The position numbers and the translations under genes are program-made. Under the pieces are notes generated by a model. The model worked only from the letters and a program-made list of their open reading frames with translations. It had not been told where the DNA came from and did not search any database. DNA of 38,464 nt from a virus (Duplodnaviria; Heunggongvirae; Uroviricota; Caudoviricetes): IMG/VR virus record IMGVR_UViG_2698536454_000007; one strand, given 5' to 3'. Shown here in pieces: positions 25,028 through 34,181 of this stretch. Position 1 is the first letter of the stretch, and every line of letters starts with the position of its first letter.

Positions 25028-25057
25028 GCGGGGGCGAAATGCCCCCGTGTCTTTTTT
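25028..25057 (+). terminator. Hairpin plus T-tract immediately after E (likely partial terminator/attenuator)
   Basis: GGGGGC-GAAAT-GCCCCC followed by GTGTCTTTTTT. Confidence 0.5.
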
Positions 25058-25071
25058 CACAGGGGGATGAT

Positions 25072-25446
25072 ATGGCAACGAAAGAGCAAAATCTGAAACG
25101 GCTTGATGAACTGGCCCTGATTCTGGGGCGTGAGCCGGATATATCCGGGAGTGCCGCAGAGATAGCGCAGCGGGTGGCAGAATGGGAAGAGGAAATGCAG
25201 TCATCCGGCGATGATGTACAGGTTATGAATATGGATATCCGGGAGAGGGAAAACGCGGCTCATGATGTTCGTGAGGAAACATCCGGCGCGTTAACGCGCA
25301 TCAGAGTTCTGACCTGCCTCCATCTCTGTGGCGTTGATGGTGAAACGGGGGAATCCGTTGAGCTTGCGGATGTTGGTCGGGTGATTCTGATTATGTCCTC
25401 AGATGCAAAAACACACGTTGATGGTGGAATGGCTGTTTATGCGTGA
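25072..25446 (+). CDS. FI: DNA packaging protein FI-like
   Basis: Position between E and FII; GGGGGA Shine-Dalgarno before ATG 25072; acidic protein of ~124 aa. Confidence 0.7.
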   Translation: MATKEQNLKRLDELALILGREPDISGSAAEIAQRVAEWEEEMQSSGDDVQVMNMDIRERENAAHDVREETSGALTRIRVLTCLHLCGVDGETGESVELADVGRVILIMSSDAKTHVDGGMAVYA

Positions 25447-25792
25447 TTTTCAGAATGCCTTTGATGCCGCCCTTGCCGGGGTGGACAGTACGATTGTTGA
25501 AGTGATGGGCATCAGTGCGCAGTTCACCTCCGGTGCACAGCGTGGCGGCGAAGTTCAGGGGGTTTTTGACGATCCGGAGTCGCTGGGGTTTGCCAGTAGT
25601 GGGATCCGTATTGAAGGAAGCAGCCCGTCATTATTTGTGCGGACGGATACGGTTCGTGCCGTGCGGCGTGGTGACACGTTGACCATTAATGGTGAGACGT
25701 TCTGGGTGGATCGTGTTTCTCCGGATGACGGGGGCAGTTGTTATCTCTGGCTGAACCGTGGGCAACCACCCGCAGTTAACCGGCGACGATAA
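25439..25792 (+). CDS. FII: Head completion protein FII
   Basis: 117 aa; VFDDPE...EGSSPSLFVRTD...RRGDTLTI...FWVDRVSPDDGGSCYLWL resembles lambda FII; start overlaps FI stop. Confidence 0.85.
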   Translation: MRDFQNAFDAALAGVDSTIVEVMGISAQFTSGAQRGGEVQGVFDDPESLGFASSGIRIEGSSPSLFVRTDTVRAVRRGDTLTINGETFWVDRVSPDDGGSCYLWLNRGQPPAVNRRR

Positions 25793-25806
25793 ACGCAGGG
25801 TGAATT

Positions 25807-26382
25807 ATGGCGATAAAAGGGCTTGATCAGGCGATTGAAAATCTGAGCCGGGTTCGTAAAAACGCCATTCCGTCGGCTTCAGCAATGGCTATTAACCGCG
25901 TGGCTACAACGGCGATTAATCAGTCTTCATCACAGGTTGCCCGGGAGACCAGGGTGAGCCGGAAACTGGTAAAGGAACGGTCCAGACTGAAACGGGCGAC
26001 GGTCAGAAATCCGAATGCCAGAATTATCGTTAACCGCGGTGATCTCCCTGCTATTAAGCTGGGGATCAGGATGCTTGGTCATCGTCCGAACAGCATACTT
26101 AAAGCCGGTCAGCATCGTTATCAGCGGGCATTCATCCAGCGATTAAATAATGGGCGCTGGCATGTTATGCAACGTTTGCCAGAAGCCCGGTATGCGAAGG
26201 GCAATGACGATAAAGGAAGGAAAAAGCGTAATCGTCTTCCCATTCAGGTGGTTAAAATTCCGATGGCGGCCCCACTGAAGCAGGCTTTTGATGAGAACGT
26301 TAACCGTATCCGGCGAGAACGTCTGCCAAAAGAACTGGGCTATGCGTTGAAACAACAACTAAGGATTGTGATAAAGCGATGA
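25807..26382 (+). CDS. Z: Tail completion protein Z
   Basis: 191 aa, position and size as lambda Z. Confidence 0.8.
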   Translation: MAIKGLDQAIENLSRVRKNAIPSASAMAINRVATTAINQSSSQVARETRVSRKLVKERSRLKRATVRNPNARIIVNRGDLPAIKLGIRMLGHRPNSILKAGQHRYQRAFIQRLNNGRWHVMQRLPEARYAKGNDDKGRKKRNRLPIQVVKIPMAAPLKQAFDENVNRIRRERLPKELGYALKQQLRIVIKR

Positions 26383-26774
26383 AACATACTGATATCCGTG
26401 CTGCAGTGCTGGATGCACTCGAGCAGCATGAACACGGGGCGACGCTGTTTGATGGTCGCCCCGCTGTTTTTGATGAGGCGGATTTTCCGGCAATTGCTGT
26501 TTATCTCACCGGCGCTGAATACACGGGCGAAGCGCTGGACAGCGATACCTGGCAGGCGGAGCTGCATATTGAAGTTTTCCTGCCTGCTCAGGTGCCGGAT
26601 TCAGAGCTGGATTCGTGGATGGAAAGCCGGATTTATCCGGCGATGAGTGCGATCCCGGCACTGTCAGGCCTGATTACCACGATGGTTACGCAGGGCTATG
26701 AGTATCGTCGTGATGACGATATGGCGTTATGGAGTTCTGCTGATTTGACTTATTCCATTACATACGAGATGTGA
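26379..26774 (+). CDS. U: Tail terminator protein U
   Basis: 131 aa, same length as lambda U; ATGA overlap with Z. Confidence 0.8.
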   Translation: MKHTDIRAAVLDALEQHEHGATLFDGRPAVFDEADFPAIAVYLTGAEYTGEALDSDTWQAELHIEVFLPAQVPDSELDSWMESRIYPAMSAIPALSGLITTMVTQGYEYRRDDDMALWSSADLTYSITYEM

Positions 26775-26781
26775 GGACGAT

Positions 26782-27534
26782 ATGCCAACACCAAATCCTC
26801 TGGCACCGGTAAAAGGTGCCGGTACCACCCTGTGGGTTTATAACGGTCAGGGTGATGCCTATGCAAACCCGTTGTCAGACGATAACTGGCAGCGACTGGC
26901 ACAGGTAAAGGATCTGACGCCGGGCGAGATGACGGCAGAACCCTACGATGATAACTACCTGGATGATGAAGACGCGGACTGGACTGCGACCGGGCAGGGG
27001 CAGAAGTCTGCAGGAGATACCAGTTTTACGCTGGCCTGGAAACCGGGAGAAGAAGGTCAGAAAGGGCTTATAGGCTGGTTTGAAAGCGGGGATGTGCGGG
27101 CCTATAAAATCCGTTTCCCGAACGGCACGGTGGATGTGTTCCGTGGCTGGGTCAGCAGTATCGGTAAGGCCGTAACGGCGAAGGAAGTGATCACCCGTAC
27201 GGTGAAAGTGACCAACGTGGGCAAACCTTCTGTGGCGGAAGAACGCAGCGAAATTACGCCGGTCACTGCGATTAAGGTGACGCCGACATCTGGTACGGTG
27301 GCAAAAGGGAAAACAACAACCCTGACGGTTTCTTTTGAGCCGGAAAGTGCAACCGACAAAACGTTCAGAGCGGTTTCCGCCGATCCGTCAACGGGAACCA
27401 TTGCTGTGAAAGATATGGCGATCACTGTGACGGGGGTTAAGGCTGGAAAAGTGAGTATCCCCGTGATTTCCGGTAATGGTCAGTTTGCCACGGTAGCTGA
27501 AGTCACCGTTACTGAAGCGGGCGCTGCAGGGTAA
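26782..27534 (+). CDS. V: Major tail protein V with C-terminal Ig-like domain
   Basis: 250 aa; C-terminal region ([35 protein letters not shown]...) resembles the Big_2 domain of lambda V. Confidence 0.9.
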   Translation: MPTPNPLAPVKGAGTTLWVYNGQGDAYANPLSDDNWQRLAQVKDLTPGEMTAEPYDDNYLDDEDADWTATGQGQKSAGDTSFTLAWKPGEEGQKGLIGWFESGDVRAYKIRFPNGTVDVFRGWVSSIGKAVTAKEVITRTVKVTNVGKPSVAEERSEITPVTAIKVTPTSGTVAKGKTTTLTVSFEPESATDKTFRAVSADPSTGTIAVKDMAITVTGVKAGKVSIPVISGNGQFATVAEVTVTEAGAAG

Positions 27535-27547
27535 ACGGAGGTCATAC

Positions 27548-27979
27548 ATGTTTCTGAAAACCGAACAATTTGAATATAACGGTGTGTCCGTCACGCTTTC
27601 CGAGCTGTCTGCGCTGCAGCGTATCGAGCATCTTGCCCTGCTGAAACGACGGGCAGAACAGGCTGAAGCCAGCGGTAACCTGCAGGTGAGCGTGGAAGAC
27701 CTTGTCAGAACCGGCGCGTTTCTGGTGGCGATGTCCCTGTGGCATAACCATCCACAGAAAACGGAGTCACCATCAATGAATGAGGCTGTGATGCAGATCG
27801 AACAGGAGGTGCTCACCACCTGGCCTGCTGATGCCATTGCCCGGGCGGAAGACGTGGTGTTGCGTCTGTCCGGGATGAGCGGGGCTGTTCATGCGGATAC
27901 TGACAGCACCGAAGTGGCGAAAAATAACGCGCTGACTGATGATGATTTTTCTGCGGGAAAGTCTTCGACGGCGAGCTGA
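27548..27979 (+). CDS. G: Tail assembly chaperone G
   Basis: 143 aa; GGAGG Shine-Dalgarno; slippery heptamer GGGAAAG near the 3' end. Confidence 0.85.
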   Translation: MFLKTEQFEYNGVSVTLSELSALQRIEHLALLKRRAEQAEASGNLQVSVEDLVRTGAFLVAMSLWHNHPQKTESPSMNEAVMQIEQEVLTTWPADAIARAEDVVLRLSGMSGAVHADTDSTEVAKNNALTDDDFSAGKSSTAS

Positions 27980-28419
27980 ATTTTGCCCTCAGACTGGCGC
28001 GTGAGATGGGGAGGCCTGACTGGCGCGCCATGCTTGCCGGGATGACATCCACCGAATATGCCGACTGGCGACATTTTTACCGTACGCATTATTTTCTCGA
28101 TACCCAACTGGATATGCATTTTTCCGGGCTGACGTACGCCGTACTCAGCCTGTTTTTTTGCGATCCGGATATGCATCCCTCTGATTTCAGTCTGCTTGCC
28201 CCCCGGCGTGAGGAAGCGCAGACGGAGATGCCGGATGAGGAAAAAATGCTGATGCAGAAAGCGGCAGGACTTGCCGGAGGCGTCCGGTTTGGTGGGGACG
28301 GAGGGCGTGAGATTTTATCGTCTGCGGATGTGGCGGATGTCAGCGAGGATGATGTCGCATTAATGATGGCTTCAGCGGGGATTTCCGGAGGTGTGAGATA
28401 TGTCCCAGCCGGTTGGTGA
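27548..28419 (+). CDS. G-T: Tail assembly chaperone G-T fusion, produced by a -1 programmed frameshift at GGGAAAG (27955-27961)
   Basis: The downstream ORF (first ATG 28006) is in the -1 frame relative to G and has no independent Shine-Dalgarno; the slippery site is identical to the lambda G/T site. Continuity of the -1 frame from 27961 to 28006 was not verified. Confidence 0.7.
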
Positions 28420-30979
28420 TCTTGTTATTGACCTGAGTCTGGATGCGGTCCGTTTCGATGAGCAGATGAGCCGGGTAAGGCGTCATTTTTCCGGACTGGA
28501 GACTGACGCCAGAAAAACCGCCGGTGTTGTTGAGCAGAACCTGAGTCGTCAGGCGCTGGCTGCACAAAAAGCCGGGATTTCCGTCGGGCAGTATAAAGCG
28601 GCCATGCGAACCCTGCCCGCACAGTTTACGGATATCGCCACGCAGCTTGCCGGTGGCCAGAATCCCTGGCTGATCCTGCTGCAACAGGGCGGTCAGGTGA
28701 AGGACTCCTTCGGCGGGATGATCCCCATGTTCAGGGGACTTGCCGGTGCGATCACCCTGCCGATGGTCGGGGTCACCTCGCTGGCGGTGGCGACAGGTGC
28801 GCTGGCGTACGCCTGGTACCAGGGGGATTCCACGCTTTCAGCGTTTAATAAAACCCTGGTTCTTTCCGGTAATCAGTCCGGACTGACTGCCGATCGCATG
28901 CTGACGCTCTCCAGAGCCGGACAGGCCGCAGGGCTGACGTTTAACCAGGCGAGTGAGTCACTGGCAGCCCTGGTGAATGCCGGTGTGCGTGGTGGTGAAC
29001 AGTTTGATGCCATCAACCAGAGTGTCGCGCGTTTTGCTTCTGCATCCGGTGTGGAGGTGGACAAGGTTGCAGAGGCTTTTGGAAAACTGACCACCGACCC
29101 GACGTCGGGACTGATGGCGATGGCGCGCCAGTTCCGTAACGTGACGGCAGAGCAGATTGCGTATGTTGCACAGCTGCAGCGTTCCGGAGACGAGGCCGGG
29201 GCATTGCAGGCGGCGAACGATATCGCCACGAAAGGCTTTGATGAGCAGACCCGTCGCCTGAAAGAAAACATGGGAACACTGGAGACCTGGGCGGATAAAA
29301 CAGGGAAGGCATTCAAATCGATGTGGGATGCCATTCTGGATATCGGTCGTCCTGAGTCCTCAGCGGATATGCTCGCCAGTGCACAGAAGGCATTTGATGA
29401 GGCGGATAAAAAATGGCAGTGGTACCAGAGCCGGAGCCAGCGCCGGGGAAAAACCGCCTCTTTCCGGGCCAACCTTCAGGGCGCATGGAATGACCGGGAA
29501 AATGCCCGTCTGGGGCTGGCAGCGGCCACGCTGCAGTCGGATATGGAAAAAGCCGGTGAACTGGCCGCCAGGGACCGGGCCGAACGGGACGCATCACAGC
29601 TGAAGTATACCGGAGAGGCGCAGAAGGCGTATGAGCGTCTGCTGACGCCGCTGGAGAAATATACCGCCCGTCAGGAAGAACTGAATAAGGCCCTGAAAGA
29701 CGGGAAAATCCTGCAGGCGGATTACAACACGCTGATGGCGGCGGCGAAAAAGGATTATGAATCGACGCTGAAAAAGCCGAAGTCGTCAGGAGTCAAAGTG
29801 TCAGCCGGTGAGCGTCAGGAAGACCAGGCGCATGCGGCGCTGCTGGCGCTTGAAACCGAGCTCCGGACGCTGGAAAAACACAGCGGTGCGAATGAGAAAA
29901 TCAGCCAGCAGCGTCGCGATTTATGGAAAGCGGAAAATCAGTATGCGGTCCTGAAAGAGGCAGCCACGAAACGGCAGTTATCTGAGCAGGAAAAATCCCT
30001 GCTGACCCATGAGAAAGAGACGCTGGAGTACAAACGCCAGCTGGCTGAGCTGGGAGACAAAGTTGAACACCAGAAACGGCTGAATGAGCTGGCACAGCAG
30101 GCTGCGCGGTTTGAACAGCAGCAGAGTGCGAAGCAGGCGGCAATCAGCGCAAAAGCCCGCGGACTCACCGACCGTCAGGCGCAGCGGGAGTCGGAAGAGC
30201 AGCGCCTTCGTGACGTGTACGGTGATAATCCGGATGCGCTGGCGAAGGCCACATCTGCACTGAAGAACACCTGGTCTGCGGAGGAGCAGCTTCGTGGAAG
30301 CTGGATGGCCGGTCTGAAGTCCGGCTGGGGCGAGTGGGCAGAAAGTGCGACGGACAGTTTTTCGCAGGTTAAAAGCGTGGCCACGCAGACCTTTGACGGT
30401 ATTGCACAGAATATGGCAGCGATGCTGACCGGCAGCGAACAGAGCTGGCGTGGTTTCACCCGTTCTGTGCTCTCCATGCTGACAGAGATTTTTCTGAAGC
30501 AGGCCATGGTGGGGATTGTCGGGAGTATTGGCAGCGCCATGGGTGGTGCTTTCGGTGGTGGGGCGTCTGCCTCCACGGGGACGGCCATTCAGGCTGCGGC
30601 GGCGAACTTCCATTTCGCGACCGGAGGATTTACGGGAACCGGTGGCAAATACGAACCTGCCGGTATTGTCCACCGCGGGGAGTTTGTCTTCACGAAGGAG
30701 GCAACCAGCCGGATTGGCGTCGGCAACCTGTATCGTCTGATGCGCGGGTATGCGGAAGGTGGTTATGTGGGCGGTGCCGGAAGTCCGGCGCAGATGCGGC
30801 GGGCGGAAGGCATTAGTTTTAATCAGAACAATCACGTGGTGATTCAGAACGACGGCACCAACGGACAGGCGGGGCCGCAGCTGATGAAGGCGGTGTATGA
30901 CATGGCCCGCAAGGGGGCGCAGGATGAGATTCAGGCGCAGATGCGTGATGGCGGCGTCTTTTCCGGAGGCAGGCGATGA
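28400..30979 (+). CDS. H: Tail tape measure protein H
   Basis: 859 aa, coiled-coil-rich, with Gly-rich C-terminus; GGAGG Shine-Dalgarno; position as lambda H. Confidence 0.9.
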   Translation: MSQPVGDLVIDLSLDAVRFDEQMSRVRRHFSGLETDARKTAGVVEQNLSRQALAAQKAGISVGQYKAAMRTLPAQFTDIATQLAGGQNPWLILLQQGGQVKDSFGGMIPMFRGLAGAITLPMVGVTSLAVATGALAYAWYQGDSTLSAFNKTLVLSGNQSGLTADRMLTLSRAGQAAGLTFNQASESLAALVNAGVRGGEQFDAINQSVARFASASGVEVDKVAEAFGKLTTDPTSGLMAMARQFRNVTAEQIAYVAQLQRSGDEAGALQAANDIATKGFDEQTRRLKENMGTLETWADKTGKAFKSMWDAILDIGRPESSADMLASAQKAFDEADKKWQWYQSRSQRRGKTASFRANLQGAWNDRENARLGLAAATLQSDMEKAGELAARDRAERDASQLKYTGEAQKAYERLLTPLEKYTARQEELNKALKDGKILQADYNTLMAAAKKDYESTLKKPKSSGVKVSAGERQEDQAHAALLALETELRTLEKHSGANEKISQQRRDLWKAENQYAVLKEAATKRQLSEQEKSLLTHEKETLEYKRQLAELGDKVEHQKRLNELAQQAARFEQQQSAKQAAISAKARGLTDRQAQRESEEQRLRDVYGDNPDALAKATSALKNTWSAEEQLRGSWMAGLKSGWGEWAESATDSFSQVKSVATQTFDGIAQNMAAMLTGSEQSWRGFTRSVLSMLTEIFLKQAMVGIVGSIGSAMGGAFGGGASASTGTAIQAAAANFHFATGGFTGTGGKYEPAGIVHRGEFVFTKEATSRIGVGNLYRLMRGYAEGGYVGGAGSPAQMRRAEGISFNQNNHVVIQNDGTNGQAGPQLMKAVYDMARKGAQDEIQAQMRDGGVFSGGRR

Positions 30980-31305
30980 AAACATTTCGCTGGAAAGTGA
31001 AGCCGGATATGGAGGTGAACTCGCAGCCATCGGTGCGTGAAGTGCGTTTTGGTGACGGGTATTCGCAGCGTATGGCGGCGGGGCTGAATGCTGACCTGAA
31101 AACATACCGTGTGACGCTTTCCGTGACCCGGGAGGAGGCCCGACATCTGGAGGCATTCCTGGCAGAGCACGGTGGCTGGAAGGCGTTTCTGTGGACACCG
31201 CCTTATGCCTGGCGGCAGATAAAGGTGACCTGTGCCGCCTGGTCATCACGGGTTCGCATGCTGCGGGTTGAATTCAGCGCGGAGTTTAAGCAGGTGGTGA
31301 ACTGA
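30976..31305 (+). CDS. M: Minor tail protein M
   Basis: 109 aa, as lambda M; ATGA overlap with H. Confidence 0.9.
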   Translation: MKTFRWKVKPDMEVNSQPSVREVRFGDGYSQRMAAGLNADLKTYRVTLSVTREEARHLEAFLAEHGGWKAFLWTPPYAWRQIKVTCAAWSSRVRMLRVEFSAEFKQVVN

Positions 31306-32003
31306 TGCAGGATATTCACGAAGAAAGTCTGAACGAGTCGGTTAAATCAGAGCAGTCACCGCGGGTGGTGCTCTGGGAAATCGACCTGACGGTGCAGGGC
31401 GGTGAGCGGTATTTTTTCTGCAATGAGCTGAATGAAAAAAGGGAGCCGGTGACCTGGCAGGGGCGGCAATATCAGGCGTACCCGATTGAGGGCAGTGGCT
31501 TTGAGATGAACGGAAAGGGCTGCAGTGCCCGCCCGTCGCTGACGGTGTCCAATCTGTTCGGTCTTGTCACCGGGATGGCGGAGGATTTGCAGAGCCTGGT
31601 GGGTGCCACGGTGGTCCGCCGCCGGGTGTATGCGCGTTTTCTGGATGCGGTGAATTTTGTGGCGGGCAATCCGGAAGCGGACCCGGAGCAGGAGCTGAGC
31701 GACCGCTGGGTGGTGGAGCAGATGTCAGAGCTGACGGCCATGACAGCCTCGTTTGTGCTGGCAACACCGACGGAGACGGACGGAGCGCTGTTTCCCGGTC
31801 GCATCATGCTGGCGAACACCTGTATGTGGGATTACCGGGGAGATGAATGCGGGTATAACGGTCCTGCGGTGGCGGATGAGTTCGATAAACCCACCACCGA
31901 TATCCGTAAGGACAGATGCAGCAAGTGCATGCGCGGGTGTGAGATGCGCGGCATGGTGGCTAATTTTGGCGGTTTCCTTTCCATTAACAAACTTTCGCAG
32001 TAA
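31305..32003 (+). CDS. L: Minor tail protein L
   Basis: 232 aa, as lambda L; C-terminal Cys cluster (CMWDYRGDECGYNGP...CSKCMRGCE). Confidence 0.9.
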   Translation: MQDIHEESLNESVKSEQSPRVVLWEIDLTVQGGERYFFCNELNEKREPVTWQGRQYQAYPIEGSGFEMNGKGCSARPSLTVSNLFGLVTGMAEDLQSLVGATVVRRRVYARFLDAVNFVAGNPEADPEQELSDRWVVEQMSELTAMTASFVLATPTETDGALFPGRIMLANTCMWDYRGDECGYNGPAVADEFDKPTTDIRKDRCSKCMRGCEMRGMVANFGGFLSINKLSQ

Positions 32004-32008
32004 ATCCA

Positions 32009-32752
32009 ATGACACAGACAGAATCAGCGATTCTGGCGCATGCCCGGCGGTGTGTGCCTGCGGAGTCGTGCGGCTTCGTGGTGAGAACGCCGGAGGGGGA
32101 GCGGTATATCCCTTGTGTGAATATCTCTGCAGAGCCGGAGGCGTATTTTCGTATTGCACCGGAAGACTGGCTGCGGGCAGAGATGCAGGGGGAGATTGTG
32201 GCACTGGTCCACAGTCATCCCGGTGGTCTGCCCTGGCTGAGCGAGGCCGACCGGCGGCTGCAGATAAAAAGTGCACTGTCCTGGTGGCTGGTCTGCCGGG
32301 GGGAAATTCATAAATTCCGCTGTGTGCCACATCTGACAGGACGGCGCTTTGAGCACGGGGTGACGGACTGTTACACGCTGTTCCGGGATGCCTACCATCT
32401 GGCGGGAATTGATATGCCGGATTTTGAGCGTGAGGATGACTGGTGGCGCAACGGTCAGAACCTGTACCTGGACAATATGGAGGCGACTGGTTTTTACAGG
32501 ATTTCCCTGCCTTCCGCACAGCCTGGCGATATCCTGCTGTGCTGCTTTGGCGCATCGGTGGCCAATCATGCCGCCATATACTGCGGCAACGGTGAGCTGC
32601 TTCACCATCTGCCTGAACAACTGAGTAAACGGGAGAGGTATTCCGAAAAATGGCAACGACGAACGCATTCAGCCTGGCGTCACCGCCACTGGCACGTATC
32701 TGCCTTCACGGGGATTTACAACGATTTGGCCGCCGCCTCAGCCTGTATGTGA
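32009..32752 (+). CDS. K: Tail assembly protein K (JAB/MPN plus NlpC/P60-like)
   Basis: HSHP motif (VALVHSHPGG) of the JAB/MPN fold and C-terminal Cys/His region; the 3' end overlaps I by about 100 nt in another frame. Confidence 0.8.
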   Translation: MTQTESAILAHARRCVPAESCGFVVRTPEGERYIPCVNISAEPEAYFRIAPEDWLRAEMQGEIVALVHSHPGGLPWLSEADRRLQIKSALSWWLVCRGEIHKFRCVPHLTGRRFEHGVTDCYTLFRDAYHLAGIDMPDFEREDDWWRNGQNLYLDNMEATGFYRISLPSAQPGDILLCCFGASVANHAAIYCGNGELLHHLPEQLSKRERYSEKWQRRTHSAWRHRHWHVSAFTGIYNDLAAASACM

Positions 32753-33330
32753 ACACGGCAGCGGAAGCCATCCGTGCCCTGTCGATGCAGATGCCGGGAT
32801 TCCGCCGTCAGATGAACGAAGGCTGGTACCAGATACGTATTCGCGGTGAGGACACGGCACCGGAGGCGGTGTACGCCCGTCTTCACGAACAACTGGGTGA
32901 GGGAACGGTCATCCACATTGTGCCGCGACTGGCCGGGGCCGGAAAGGGTGGACTGCAGATTGTGCTGGGGGCGGCAGCCATCGTGGGCTCTTTCTTCACT
33001 GCCGGGGCATCAATGGCGTTATGGGGTTCAGCCCTGGCAGCCGGTGGTTTTTCTGCCACCACGATGCTGTTTTCACTGGGGGCCAGCATGATACTGGGTG
33101 GTGTGGCTCAGATGCTTGCCCCGAAGGCAAAAACACCGGATTACCGCGCAACGGATAACGGCAGACAGAACACGTATTTTTCCTCACTGGACAACATGAT
33201 TGCCCAGGGTAACCCGATGCCGGTGCCTTACGGGGAAATGCTGGTTGGCTCCCGCCGTATATCCCAGGACATCAGTACCCGTGATGAAGGCGGGGGCGGA
33301 AAGGTCGTGGTTATCGGGCGGCAGGCATAA
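32650..33330 (+). CDS. I: Tail assembly protein I
   Basis: 226 aa; ubiquitin-like N-terminal region and Gly/Ala-rich hydrophobic C-terminus; GGAGAGG Shine-Dalgarno. Confidence 0.85.
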   Translation: MATTNAFSLASPPLARICLHGDLQRFGRRLSLYVNTAAEAIRALSMQMPGFRRQMNEGWYQIRIRGEDTAPEAVYARLHEQLGEGTVIHIVPRLAGAGKGGLQIVLGAAAIVGSFFTAGASMALWGSALAAGGFSATTMLFSLGASMILGGVAQMLAPKAKTPDYRATDNGRQNTYFSSLDNMIAQGNPMPVPYGEMLVGSRRISQDISTRDEGGGGKVVVIGRQA

Positions 33331-33487
33331 AAGCGAAAAAATCCCGCAGTGCTCACGGACAGGAACTGCGGGAGCGTTACGAAGATTGAGTGTAAGGAAT
33401 TATTCTTATGTCACGACAAAAACATTAACTCAGAGAGGGAGGATGTGCCGTTCTTTTCAGGGAGAAAGGATTTATCGTCCTGAGGAA

Positions 33488-33515
33488 TAAAGGTAAGGGG
33501 CCCGCCCCTTACCTG
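33488..33515. terminator. Bidirectional terminator between convergent I and sodC
   Basis: GGTAAGGGGC-CCGCCCCTTACC hairpin flanked by A/T-rich sequence. Confidence 0.6.
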
Positions 33516-33520
33516 ACTGA

Positions 33521-34048
33521 TTATTGAATGATGCCGCAGGCCATTCTCGCACCACCACCGCCCAGGGGCTCCGGATGGTCATGATGGTTATCACCGCCAG
33601 CATGAAGCATGAGAGAACGCCCTTTAATCTCTTTTAATGAGTTCAGTCTCGGGGCCAGGACCGGGTAGTTCGCTTTTCCGTCATGCGTCACGAACAGCGC
33701 AGGGAGGTCGCCCAGGTGTCCATCCGGAGACCAGGGGCCAAGATGTTTGCCGGTGTTTTTCGGGTCAAAGTGACCGCCAGCCGATAATGCTGCGACCGGT
33801 TTTCCGTCTTTCAGTGCCGGGGCGCAATTTCCTTTTTCGTGCACATGAAAACCATGAATGCCTTCAGACAGAGAGTGAAGGGCTGGTGTGAACAGCAGAC
33901 CGTAGGGGGTCTCCTGAATGGTTATTTTTCCAATGCTGACTTCTTTTCCGTCAGCACTGACAAGGTTCATTGGGACTTCCTGTTCTGCTGCGTATCCGCA
34001 TGATGCTGCTGTCAGCATGGCAATGGCAGCAATGATTTTACATTTCAT
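33521..34048 (-). CDS. sodC: Periplasmic Cu,Zn superoxide dismutase (SodC), prophage moron
   Basis: Signal peptide [20 protein letters not shown]; copper/zinc ligand motifs [36 protein letters not shown]; GAGGG Shine-Dalgarno before ATG 34048. The ORF-track entry is a long artefactual N-terminal extension. Confidence 0.85.
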   Translation of the reverse strand: MKCKIIAAIAMLTAASCGYAAEQEVPMNLVSADGKEVSIGKITIQETPYGLLFTPALHSLSEGIHGFHVHEKGNCAPALKDGKPVAALSAGGHFDPKNTGKHLGPWSPDGHLGDLPALFVTHDGKANYPVLAPRLNSLKEIKGRSLMLHAGGDNHHDHPEPLGGGGARMACGIIQ

Positions 34049-34181
34049 AAAACCCTCATTAATTCCGTTAACAGACTGAGCTTGCTGGTTACAGGGTAAC
34101 AAACAGCGTTCTGATGATATCGCGCAATAGCTGTGCAATATCCTATCACTGCGATTAATAATACCAATTGAGAGGAACATT

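Noticed and set aside
29978-31249. 423-aa minus-strand ORF
   Set aside because: Antisense to the tape measure and M genes; Arg/Pro/His-rich shadow frame with no ribosome-binding site.
31725-32555. 276-aa minus-strand ORF and other long ORFs antisense to L and K
   Set aside because: Overlap well-supported tail genes on the opposite strand; composition is that of a shadow frame.
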